Assembly: GCA_051942205.1 (NCBI GenBank)
Contig: JAVECO010000042.1
Location: 116,288-136,287 of the forward strand
DNA length: 20,000 nucleotides
Direction of reading: 5' to 3'
DNA from: Coniocarpon cinnabarinum
Lineage: Eukaryota
In this document: piece by piece, positions 1 to 10,223 of the stretch
How the letters are laid out: each line of letters starts with the position of its first letter
How positions within the stretch are numbered: position 1 is the stretch's first letter
Translations under genes and position numbers: made by a program
The notes under the pieces: model-generated
Told to the model about the DNA's origin: nothing
The model's database searches: none
Seen by the model: the letters and a program-made list of their open reading frames with translations, nothing else

Positions 1-194
1 TGCTGCGTCACTAAGAGCATATCCAGCGCTGAGACAGCTGGATGTCCTGCGTCGTTGATGCCAAAACGCAGTACTATGTTTGCGCAACGCAGCCCTTCAA
101 CGTTTATGCCCAACTATAAAAGCGTCCGTACTGCTCTTGCTAGGAGATCGCATTTCTTTTGCAGCTCAAAATCCAACGCTGCTTCGTCATACAT

Positions 195-2072
195 TCACTC
201 GCCTCGCATTGTCGTATCCGAATCCTCAGAGTCATCTGAATCGCTATCCGACTCGTCAGATAATACAATGGGCTGATCTGCGCTGGTTCCGACGTGACCG
301 TTATTCATCTGAACATCTCGTAGATCGATTGGCCGGTTGGCGGTCGAGCCCTCACTGTCTCTTGCGATTTGCTGTCTAATCTGTGCGTTTTCCTTCTCCA
401 AAGTCGCCTTGACCGACTCCATCAAAGCCTTCGCTACAGCTGGCGGGACGGAGTTACCAATTTGTCGCAACATTGACTTCTTGTCCAACCCGTTGGGAAA
501 GGCGAAGTCGTCCGGAAACGTTGACAGAGTGGCGAGTTCACGAATCGTGAACGGCCGACCACCTGGGTGCCGACACTTGGTGCCTGTGCACATGATGATT
601 GTTCTCAACACAACGTCACCGCTGTCGGGATCGACCTCGTTGAGATCATCCCAGTTCGGGTCGTGATGAGTATGTATGGTTGGGTTCAGATGGTTGATGC
701 ATTCATTGATCGTCCTGTAGGGAACCAGGGCCTCTGAGTTTGGACCGTAAGTCGGAGGTGGAGCACGTGGCAGTGCGCCTCCGGGGCACGATGCTCGCAG
801 AATCAGTCGCTTTCGTAAGCTCGGCACACCGTGGTCAGATGCGATATCACGTCTCCACGAGACACTGAAATCGCGGTCTGTGAAGAAGGTAATAAGACAG
901 CGAAAATCGCCGTAATCTTGCTCCTTGAAGATACCATCTACTTCTTCGAGCGTAGCAACACGTGGTCGAGTGATATCCAAGATATCAGGGATACTATAGA
1001 GAACTGCACGGTTGTCGTCATCTCGCTTAGCACCGATGCTTCCTTCGGGTTTCAGTCCAGCACGAATGTTCATCGTGGAAAAGTATGGGCATGGTGGGGA
1101 CATGTGTATCACGTCGACACGCAATTTTCCAGATGTCCACTCCTGGTTAGCAAATTGAATGAAATCATGAATCGCGTCTAGCCAAATGTGCTTCATTTCA
1201 AGGAGCTGGTTTCGTCTGGGCACGTTCAACGCGTTGATGTGAGAAGTGCTTATCGTAGTCAATGGGTAATTGTTAGCTTCGTAAGTTTGGCAAGAGGCTT
1301 TGTCATAATCGACACCAAATTGAAGGTCAAGACCAGCTTGCACAGCACCCACAGTCACCCCACCACAGCCAGCAAAGAAGTCGGCGAAAGAAAGTGGGTC
1401 ATTGCTGTCGTTGCTTGGTAAGCGACCAGTCCAGTCGTGTATCAGCTTCCAATCGGCGACCCTATAGTGGATCCCTGAGTCTAGATCACTGCCTACGTCA
1501 GCTTCCTCGCACCGTATGCGCCTGAGGTCCGCATTTCTTGGCCACCAGTACTTATATTCAGAGCCGGCCGGCACACTGCCCGTGCACACAATGAAAACCC
1601 ATCTACAGACCAGTCTGCTTGTGTTTCTAAACGTCTCGCGGGTTTCAACATTGGTGACACCATCTGCGGGCACACCCTCATTCACCAAGCCAAACGGTTG
1701 GTTGGTGATGATGAGGTCCCGCTTCACGGGCATCGCAAAATCATCTCCAAGAAGATCAGAGAGAGTGAAATTCTCACAAGCAAGTTCGTCTAGGGATTTG
1801 TCGGTTTGATTGCGGTCCACCTCTTCAGTGGCGATGAATAGCTCGTTCATCTTTCGGTGTATCAGTCCATCGAGCGCTACCACCCTTTTCAGCCGCCATC
1901 CTCTGAGTATTATAAATTTGCTGTCGGGATCTTGAAAGATTTGCCGAACACGTATGTAATCTCCATCGCGCAAGCCCTGAGAAGATTCTTTGAGTTCAAT
2001 AGAGTCGCCTACTTTGACGTGGACGCCCCACTCTGACCGGTACTCCTCCAGAGATAGCCGTCGACGGCTCAT
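195..2072 (-). CDS. rid: RID/Masc1-family C5 cytosine DNA methyltransferase (RIP-defective homolog), ~625 aa
   Basis: Intronless ORF; first ATG at 2072 (MSRRRLS...). C5-MTase motifs in order: I DFFAGCGG, IV VDVIHMSPPC, VI RPRVATLEEV, VIII GVPSLRKRLILRASCPG, IX HPGGRPFTIRELATLSTFP, X RQIGNSVPP. The N-terminal segment (GDSIEL..GDYIRV..LRGWRLKR..NEL..LVCRW), the HxSPPC/ASCPG signatures and the size fit RID/Masc1 rather than DIM-2. Confidence 0.85.
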   Translation of the reverse strand: MSRRRLSLEEYRSEWGVHVKVGDSIELKESSQGLRDGDYIRVRQIFQDPDSKFIILRGWRLKRVVALDGLIHRKMNELFIATEEVDRNQTDKSLDELACENFTLSDLLGDDFAMPVKRDLIITNQPFGLVNEGVPADGVTNVETRETFRNTSRLVCRWVFIVCTGSVPAGSEYKYWWPRNADLRRIRCEEADVGSDLDSGIHYRVADWKLIHDWTGRLPSNDSNDPLSFADFFAGCGGVTVGAVQAGLDLQFGVDYDKASCQTYEANNYPLTTISTSHINALNVPRRNQLLEMKHIWLDAIHDFIQFANQEWTSGKLRVDVIHMSPPCPYFSTMNIRAGLKPEGSIGAKRDDDNRAVLYSIPDILDITRPRVATLEEVDGIFKEQDYGDFRCLITFFTDRDFSVSWRRDIASDHGVPSLRKRLILRASCPGGALPRAPPPTYGPNSEALVPYRTINECINHLNPTIHTHHDPNWDDLNEVDPDSGDVVLRTIIMCTGTKCRHPGGRPFTIRELATLSTFPDDFAFPNGLDKKSMLRQIGNSVPPAVAKALMESVKATLEKENAQIRQQIARDSEGSTANRPIDLRDVQMNNGHVGTSADQPIVLSDESDSDSDDSEDSDTTMRGE

Positions 2073-2764
2073 CCCGTCCAGATTGGAAGTTGAATGTGTG
2101 CAAAAGAGAGATATTCGAAGCAGTAGCGCTCTGAAGGAGATTAGCTGAGTAAATTGCAATAGAAATCGTAGTTTTTGGATGGCTGGGTGAAACGGAAACT
2201 TTAAAGAAGAGGTGAGCAAGAAGAAAAGAGAGTGAAAACAAATTAAGTATGTACGATGTTCATCGCTCAAGGTGAAATGCCAAGGGATCTATGTCAAATG
2301 ACTGAAAGAAAGAGGAAAACTTTGCCATCATGTGAAAGCATAGTAGGTGAGACGCTTATACGCGGTCTTTTATGGAGAAGTTGGAAAATCACGATCTTTT
2401 GCTCGGACAAACGAGAATCCTAATGTATCCTATCTAGGATCACTTGTATATGCCAAAAACATCTTTTGCCGGCTTGAGGATGCAGAGCCTCAAATGGTAA
2501 CACTGTTGGACCTCCTAGGGGGTGGAAGCAGGAACGGGATGCTCAGATTTTATGCTTTCACGTCTTCGACTTGTAGCGAGTCTTTCTAGATCATCATGCT
2601 GTTAGCGATATGTTTTACCAGCATAGACACGAGATGCGAGGATGCTTCATAAAAAAAAGAACAAATTCGACGTGGTCGTTAATGATTCTCCTAGTCTCGG
2701 CATTTACGGGCCGACATCTCGGAGATGATTCCTAATGTCAAATTTAGCCCCACGATTCTCAATG

Positions 2765-2770
2765 CCGAGG
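2765..2770. promoter_or_regulatory. CCGAGG (=CCTCGG) FarA/FarB(Ctf1)-type binding core upstream of prpD
   Basis: Exact core ~90 bp upstream of the prpD ATG; near-matches TCTCGG at 2695-2700 and 2717-2722; the same core lies upstream of mcsA. Confidence 0.55.
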
Positions 2771-2859
2771 TACGTCACTGCTTGCCGATATCTTAACGAG
2801 CAATTCGACGCTTATTGTCCACTGTACTCTTGCGCTCTGATATTGGTAGCTTCTTGGAA

Positions 2860-4605
2860 ATGTCTATAGCTGCAAGACGAATATGCTCAGCTCCTACAAG
2901 ATCGTGTCACACCCGCCGCGTTCTACCCTCAATCAATCAAGCTTCGTTGGCTTTACCACGGTCCCAAGCTTACTGCCAGTTTATGAGAGCAGGCTTCTCA
3001 AGCATGGCCTCTTTGAGATCAGCAGTCGCAGATCCAGCACCTCCCAAAGCATTTGATCCCGAGATCACAGACGTAGCGAAATATGTCTACCAACAACCTA
3101 TCTCATCAGATCTTGCTGTGAGTGAAACCCGGCTGCTTCTCGTGCATTGACACGTTGCTGATCTATGAGCAGTTCGACACAGCCCGTCTTGTCTTTCTTG
3201 ACACACTCGGATGTGGCCTTCGAGCTTTGGAATTCCCTCAATGCGCAAAGCTTCTAGGCCCTGTAGTGCTCGGTACAACGGTGCCAAATGGCACTCGCGT
3301 CCCCGGAACGGGCTATCAACTTGACCCCATACTTGGTGCGTTTAACATTGGCGCGATGATAAGATGGCTCGACTTCAATGACTGCTGGCTGGCAGCTGAA
3401 TGGGTGAGTTGGCATGAAGTGAAGCAGCATAAGCAATAATACTGATATGTATAATCTAGGGCCATCCATCTGACAACCTTGGCGCTATCCTCTCAGTCGC
3501 GGACTGGATCTCAAGAACGAACAGAGCGGGCGGGAGACTTGGCGATGGGAAGATCTTCACGATTCGGGACGTGCTAGAAGCTATGATCAGAGCCCATGAA
3601 ATTCAAGGGTGCTTGGCTCTGGAAAATTCATTTAACAAGGTGGGGCTAGATCACGTTGTACTTGTCAAAGTCGCGTCAACAGCCGTAGTGTCGAAGATGC
3701 TCGGACTCTCAGAAGCACAGTCACGAGACGCCATCAGTCAGGCATGGTGTGATGGGCAGAGCATGCGAACGTATCGGCATGCACCGAACGCGATGTCGAG
3801 GAAATCCTGGGCCGCTGGTGATGCCTGTGAAAAGGCTGTCAATCTGTGCTTGAAAGTCTTGAGGGGAGAAGGAGGCATGGCAACTGTGCTTTCCGCCCCC
3901 ACCTGGGGCTTCTACGATGTCAACTTTGGTGGGAAGAAGTTCCAGTTTCAAAGACCCTACGACAGCTATGTGATGGAGAATGTGCTGTTCAAGGTGTCAT
4001 ATCCAGCGGAGTTCCACTCGCAGACAGCCATTGAGGCTGCGAAGCGTATACGACAGCAAATGGAGCAGTTGGGAAAGAAGCCGGAGGACATTGAATCGAT
4101 CACGAATCGAACACACGATGCGTGTATCCGTATCATTGACAAACAGTTCAAGCCCATGGATAACTACGCAGATCGCGACCATTGTGTGCAATACATGACA
4201 GCTGTCATGCTGGTCTATGGTCGTTTAGAGGCTGGCGACTACACAGACGACAGTGAAGCCGCTCAGTCACCACTCGTAGAGAGCTTACGAAAGACGATAA
4301 AGTGCGTTGAGGACCCACAATTCACCGCCGATTATCATAATCCAGACATGCGCACTATTCCAAACGCACTAACAGTGAAATTCAATGACGGCACGGTGCT
4401 TGACGAAATTGTCGTTGAAGCACCGCTCGGTCACCGACTCCGAAGGGAAGAAGCCAAGCCGGAGATCCTCACGAAGTATCAGAACCACCTGAAGCCACAC
4501 TTTTCAACAAGTCGAGTCCAAGAACTTGTGGACTTAGGCAACGACCGGTCGAGGTTGGAAGCATATGAGGTCGACAAATACGTCGACTTGTACTTCAAAG
4601 AATAG
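2860..4605 (+). CDS. prpD: 2-methylcitrate dehydratase (MmgE/PrpD family), probably mitochondrial, ~544 aa; exons 2860-3117, 3173-3403, 3460-4605
   Basis: Introns 3118-3172 (GTGAGT..GCTGAT..CAG) and 3404-3459 (GTGAGT..ACTGAT..TAG) join into one frame with PrpD motifs [68 protein letters not shown]. Arg/Ser-rich N-terminus resembles a mitochondrial presequence. Confidence 0.95.
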
Positions 4606-4912
4606 AAGCAAGCTTATAATGTCATGGCAGCTTGTTTCGGCGTGATTGTCGGTGAGTGTCGAGCTGACATCACAGACTTAGTGCGCTGGGAATCAGGCCG
4701 GCTGCCTCTGAATACATGTACAGAACCTTGCTATGTCTATGGACGGAAAGATGCAATACTTGTGGTACAAGCGACCTTGTCCAATCAGTCGTCGGCCATG
4801 TTTACACCACCTAGCAAGACATGATCATAGTTGATCTCGACTTATGAGAAGTTGGTACTCTTTAGACAGAGTGGACTTAGAAACTTTTTGTCAAGCATGG
4901 TCATCGCACGGG

Positions 4913-6247
4913 CTACACTTTGAAAAAGCATAGTATATGTACATGCTGAACCATATCTATGCGAGTAATGCTATCGTGTGACAATTGAGCAAGTATCGTG
5001 TACTTGGCTCGAGCAATAGCATGTCTAGTCATGGTAATCCAACGCTCACGTATCTTACAGTTAGTGCATTCTTCTAATTGAGTTTGCGAATGATCAATCA
5101 TACTGTTGCTGTGCTGTACATTTGCGTATTAGCAAGACAGGAGCCGGAGCTTCTCCAGTAAGGTGAAATTGCATGCGAAACGGAAACACTTCATACTAGA
5201 TACGATGTGAGAATCGCTTTTTGCTATCGACCGTAGCACCAAGCTCGTAATATTGTTCCTTGTGCAGGGGTTCATTATTCCACTTCTTGTTTCGTGAAGA
5301 GTACTGAGTGGGGGTTACATTACGCAACGAACCTACTGCTGGCAAGGCAGCAAACAACTGAAATAAAATGCAATTTGAAGAGCAGATCAGCATTGTCCAT
5401 CTTGAAACAGTCATATGTTAGCAACGCGCTTAGCACGCTGTTCGCTATCCGAATCACAGGAAATCCTGAAGGCGGAACACGCCGATGAAGCAGATATATC
5501 CTTGATTGAAAGCCAGCGCGCATCTGACCAATTTCAAAGATAGTAGTATGGTACATTCGAATGCGGGCATTCAAATGTGCAGTCGAGTGCCAGGGCATTA
5601 TCCATGACCCAATCGTGGGCTGCAAACTGCTGTGACACTGTAGAGCTGGTTTCAAGCCGTGACAGAGCTTAGGTACCACGGGTCGTTTGCATGCATATTT
5701 CAGCCGCTGCTTTCTCGGCAAGATGACAGCTAGCAAGAGAAGCTTTGAGTCTTTCCAGCAGTGGCGCCACAGCCGTGTGGTACACTGCCTCACTCGCGGT
5801 AGGGGTGTCCCATGAGCCACGCGAGGCTCCTCTACAAGACCAGGAAGCGGAGGATGGTATTGGACATGAATCGCTGATTTTGATAAGAAAGAACACCAGC
5901 GTAAATAAGAAGCGACGTAGCTAGGAGTGGGCAGCGACTAAATACTGCCAGCCGTTTCACTAACAGCGCCATAGCGACACCCGTGATCCTAACCTAGGGT
6001 CGTGGTCCTTCCAGATGATGCGCATTTTTCGACTCTGAGTCGTAGCATCTGTACCAGGAATTTAGTACCAACCAAGATATTCTCTAGCATCTCAAAGCCA
6101 GGATGATCATGAAACAGCTGCTGTCTATGCGAGTTACGCAAACATGCGTAGAGAGGACCACGCCAAGTCTTTGAGCCAATTTCGGAGCACGATGGCATCA
6201 GTGCCATCTTCCCAGCTTGGCAAAGAATCTAGTTGACTGTCGGACAT
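4913..6247 (-). CDS. Possible cryptic multi-exon hypothetical gene, divergent from mcsA (model unresolved)
   Basis: Minus-strand ATG at 6247 (MSDSQLDSLPSWEDG...), three branch+acceptor pairs (TACTAA 6062-6067/CAG 6049-6051; GCTAAC 5417-5422/AAG 5401-5403; GCTAAT 5128-5133/CAG 5114-5116) and several short open segments. No recognisable family; donors unclear. Confidence 0.3.
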
Positions 6248-6341
6248 TGACTGCTTCGCGTTTGCAATTGGACTTTAAAACGGAGGAAAAGAGAATGGGA
6301 CTGTCTACAAATAAGCGCCACGTTATGACGTTTCGGAATGG

Positions 6342-6347
6342 CCTCGG
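6342..6347. promoter_or_regulatory. CCTCGG FarA/FarB(Ctf1)-type binding core upstream of mcsA
   Basis: Exact core ~170 bp upstream of the mcsA ATG at 6516. Confidence 0.55.
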
Positions 6348-6515
6348 TCAAGACGAGAGCTACCCGAAGGCTCGTCTTTATCTTGAGCTCAACGCAACCG
6401 AAAAGCTCTGCATCGATTCATAAAAGCTACATTGCTTTCGACCTCTTCTGGGTTGGTTTGCTAAGTTGTAGGTTCGCGATCTGGAGTCTGGGATCTTCCA
6501 CAGTTGTCGCCCACC

Positions 6516-8004
6516 ATGGCGTTGAACGCTCGGCTATGTACAAAAGCCCTTCGAGCTACGAAGGTGGGTGATGCCCGCCAGACTATGTCCAGTCAAATAT
6601 TGACAAGATGTGTAGACTCGATTCAAAGGCCTCGCTCCCGCAGCACAAACAGCCGCATGCCGACAATACTCCTCCTCACCTGAGCCCAGCTTGAAGGAAT
6701 CCCTCGCCTCACACATCCCCGCCAAGCGTGATCTGGTAAAGCAGGTGCGCTCCCACGCCGACAAAGAGATTGGTACGGTGAAGATTGACAATACCCTAGG
6801 CGGGATGCGCGGTCTGAAGGCTATGGTGTGGGAGGGTTCTGTTCTTGACGCAGATGAGGGCATTCGTTTCCACGGGAAGACGATCAAAGACTGCCAAAGA
6901 GAGCTGCCAAAGGGTACATCAGGGACAGAGATGCTGCCGGAAGCCATGTTCTGGCTACTTTTAACAGGCGAAGTGCCCACTGTGCGACAGGTACGGGCGC
7001 TGTCTAAAGAGCTGGCCGAGAAGAGCGACCTCCCTCTATTCGTGGAAAAGATGCTCGATGACTTCCCCACCGATCTTCACCCAATGACTCAATTCGCGTG
7101 CGCGGTGTCTGCTTTAAATTATACCTCCGGCTTTGCAAAAGCGTACGAGCGTGGCATGAACAAGGCGGACTACTGGGAGCCGGTCTTTGACGACTGCATT
7201 TCCCTACTTGCTAAGCTACCTGTCATTGCTGCGAAGATCTACCAGAATGCGTACAAGGGAGGTGGCGCGTTACCAGCACAGCCGAACCCTGACATGGACT
7301 GGAGTCACAACTTCGCTGCCATGCTAGGCAAGGGCGGACCAGAACACGAGGGTTTCCAAGACTTATTAAGACTGTATCTTGCGCTCCATGGCGATCATGA
7401 GGGCGGTAACGTGTCAGCGCATGCAACACATTTGGTTGGCTCCGCGCTTTCAGACCCTTTCCTCTCATATTCCGCCGGGCTCCAAGGCCTCGCAGGTCCA
7501 CTGCATGGTCTAGCAGCACAAGAAGTGCTTCGCTTTATTCTTGACATGCAAGCTGAGGTCGGCACTTCCTTCACAGAGCAAGACGTGAAAGATTACCTCT
7601 GGAACCTCTTGAAGTCCGGCAGAGTCATCCCTGGCTATGGCCACGCAGTCCTCCGCAAGCCAGACCCTCGCTTCGAAGCACTGATAGACTTCGCAATGGC
7701 GCGACCCGAGATCCAGAAGGATCCTGTGTTTGCGCTCGTCAAGAAGAACAGTGAGATTGCACCTGGCGTGCTGTTAGAGCATGGCAAAACAAAAAATCCA
7801 CATCCGAATGTTGACTCAGCAAGTGGTGTGCTCTTCCATCATTATGGGTTCAAGGAACAACTGTATTATACAGTGACGTTTGGTGTTAGCCGTGGGCTTG
7901 GTCCACTGGCGCAGCTTATTTGGGATCGAGCACTGGGTCTGCCGATCGAGCGGCCAAAGAGCATGGATCTCAAGGGCTTGTTGGCACTTGCAGGTGGAAA
8001 ATAA
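6516..8004 (+). CDS. mcsA: Methylcitrate synthase (citrate synthase family), probably mitochondrial, ~478 aa; exons 6516-6563, 6616-8004
   Basis: CCACCATGG Kozak context; intron 6564-6615 (GTGGGT..ATTGAC..TAG) in phase 0. Citrate-synthase motifs GGMRG, LHGDHEGGNVSAH, LAGPLHGLAAQEV, PGYGHAVLRKPDPR, HPNVDSASG. The LHGDHEG/LAAQEV variants and linkage to prpD favour methylcitrate synthase over CIT1. Confidence 0.9.
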
Positions 8005-8305
8005 ATCAAATATACATAGAGAGCAAAGTACTGAACGTTGGACTGTTGAAGCATATCCACGTCTTACACCTCAACGAATTTTGGTCTGGATCAGGCCATC
8101 TGCGGGCTCTCTTGCAAGTCTACACCATCGTAGTGATCCCGGCCCATATCCTTTTTACGCGCTCAAGCAGACCATTCTTGAATCCAGACGGACTACCGTC
8201 ACGTTGCTTACGTCAATGGATTGGGGGTTGAATTGTAGATTATATTGCAAACAAGAAGCGTTTCTACCTGCTCGCACCAGTCAACTAAGCGCAAAAACTT
8301 GCAAT

Positions 8306-8379
8306 GCCCGGGTAGCGCAATCGGTCAGAGCGTGGGACTTTTAATCCCAAGGTTGTGGGTTCGAGTCCCACCTCGGGCG
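8306..8379 (+). tRNA. tRNA-Lys (anticodon UUU), intronless
   Basis: Acceptor GCCCGGG/CTCGGGC + discriminator G; D arm GCGC..GAGC; anticodon stem TGGGA/TCCCA with loop CT-TTT-AA (anticodon 8340-8342); T arm GTGGG-TTCGAGT-CCCAC. Confidence 0.96.
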
Positions 8380-8385
8380 GCCAGC

Positions 8386-8391
8386 TTTTTT
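8386..8391 (+). terminator. RNA polymerase III poly-T terminator of tRNA-Lys
   Basis: T6 run starting 7 nt after the tRNA 3' end. Confidence 0.75.
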
Positions 8392-8759
8392 GAGCCGTTT
8401 TCAGACCTTTTGAGGTCGTTGACGTCGATTTTTGTCCAAATTCCAGATCGTCCGTGTATACATCACGTGATTTGCTTAGTGAAACAACACGTGGCTCGCC
8501 AACGTGCATCACCTTCCGCCTATAGGGGGGAAAAGGGAAAAATAGGAGCATAAACATTATGCTAGAAGCAAGCGAGATTAACATGGTGTAATAGGCATCT
8601 TTGTCCGTATGTGTGAGTGTATCTGCTATCATTAAAAGGGCGTGCCTTGACGCATGATTCTAAGAAAGACAGCAGGTAAGATTGCGTCTGGTATTGCATT
8701 CCAACAGGATACTACAAGACGGCCGCGATCTATAGACATTCCATGTTCGAAATTGTAGA

Positions 8760-9340
8760 GCAATGTTTGATAGCTTCTGAGATGACATGAACGGTGAGCC
8801 AGAAGGTGCTGCTTCAGTTGCTGTGTCTACTGACAGTGGGCGTATACGGGCCTTTGCTTGCGACTTCTCATTTGTCGCGTCGATATGATCCCGTCGAAGT
8901 TCTTGCATCAAGTCGCACGAATTCGAAAAGCACTAGCGCCTTGCCAGAAGGCTTCAGCATCGTCCGTCAAAGCAAAGGATTTGACTTGAGTCATCCGATA
9001 CTCGACAAGCCTATTTTGATTGCTTGGGTCATGAGACGCAGCCGGATGAATGGCATATGCACTGAGCGTGTCGGTACCGCTATGAAAGCCCAGCTCAGTG
9101 TGTACGCATTTTTATCTGGGGCGGCTTTGATGGACAGCGTGCACACGACTTAGATATGATACCGACACTATTAAAGAAATACGAAGGGAAATCAAGTGAA
9201 AGTGGGTCAGGCCAAGGTTTGTATGTCGGTTCATTATTCGCAAGTTAGCGAGATTCTGGTCCATTTGCAAGCGTTGAGCCCCTGCCTCCTTCGCATTCAA
9301 TTGGTCTTGGAGCACAATTCGATCCAATAACCTGAACAAT
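8760..9340 (-). pseudogene. Frameshifted remnant of a widespread Pezizomycotina hypothetical-protein family (recalled as DUF7924-like; unverified)
   Basis: Conceptual translation NAYTLSWAF/HSGTDTLSAYAIHP...EYRMTQVKSFALTDDAEAFWQGASAFR/NSCDLMQELRRDHIDATNE matches the remembered consensus NAYT..Y.G..L..YA.HP...EY.MTQ...FAMT....F.QGA.A.RN.RD; needs frameshifts at ~9085 and ~8920. Boundaries approximate. Confidence 0.65.
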
Positions 9341-10223
9341 GCTCTTATCCCAACCGGGTCGCAGGGACCCGCTCCTTAGCAATATTCTTCTCGCGCTACC
9401 AAAGTAGAACATACAGTCTTTGCAGAATGGAAGTTGACATTTCTTTGGCTGGAACTAGCCAAGTGTAGATTAGATGACTCTGCTTGTTTACCTTGCTTCA
9501 CATTTCGCAGCTAATCGAGCCACAAGTTTATCGAAGCTAGGGCACACACTTGGGTTTCGCCTCCATTCGCAATACAAGTTCGGGAGTTATAAATGCATGT
9601 GAATTAATGATCATACCCTTTGACAGCTGTGCCTCATACGTCTACGCACTAGGATATAGCTACTCCAGATTGAGAGCAATGCTTTACGGCAAATGCAAGT
9701 ATACGCCCGCCAACACGCGACATTACTTGAATGCACGCCCCTCGCTCTCGCCGCCATGTACTGCTGCTATGCACGATTCTCGTGTCGTGTCGACCGATCT
9801 CTGATTCAAGTCAACGGTCATTCGTCTACATTCTTCACATACATCTTGCCCCTGTCATGCGTCAATAGTGTACTCACTGGCAGGACTAGGCTGAGGCGTT
9901 TGTAGTGCGGCAGTGACCCTTGATGTCGAGTTTATGCTTCGTCGAAGTACAAAGTCAAGTCTTATACAAATGACCAGTCGCATCTTAATAGCTAGCACCC
10001 TGTTTTCACGAATCCTTCATCGCTTGTAACTCAGCATAGCCTAAACGGGGGCTTGAGGTGCTGTTAGCAGCTTCTAGACTAAGACGGCATGGTCTAGATG
10101 CTATCATTAGCAGACCAAAGGTAGCAGATACAACACCTGAAGGTACGGCACCTGGCCGTAGCTAGTAATAAAGACAGTCGTACTGCTCAATCGACTGGAT
10201 CCGCTCCATCTTCACACAACACT

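Noticed and set aside
55..1809. Plus-strand ORFs overlapping the methyltransferase
   Set aside because: Antisense shadows of a clear coding region, with no motifs.
195..2072. Bacterial restriction-modification methylase or prokaryotic prp operon
   Set aside because: Spliceosomal introns in neighbours, mitochondrial presequences and RID-type motifs show a fungal nuclear origin; no endonuclease nearby.
2073..2270. 66-aa N-terminal extension of the 691-aa ORF
   Set aside because: Starts at TTG and reads like pyrimidine-rich 5' UTR; the first ATG is at 2072.
4603..4605. Genome-wide UAG reassignment as an explanation for the internal stops
   Set aside because: prpD ends at TAG at its expected C-terminus, so TAG works as a stop.
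6534..8632. Alternative ORFs overlapping mcsA and the tRNA
   Set aside because: Shadow frames; 8245..8553 and 8285..8632 simply run through the tRNA.
8794..9153. 119-aa plus-strand ORF with a signal-peptide-like start
   Set aside because: Non-ATG start and antisense to a recognisable minus-strand pseudogene.
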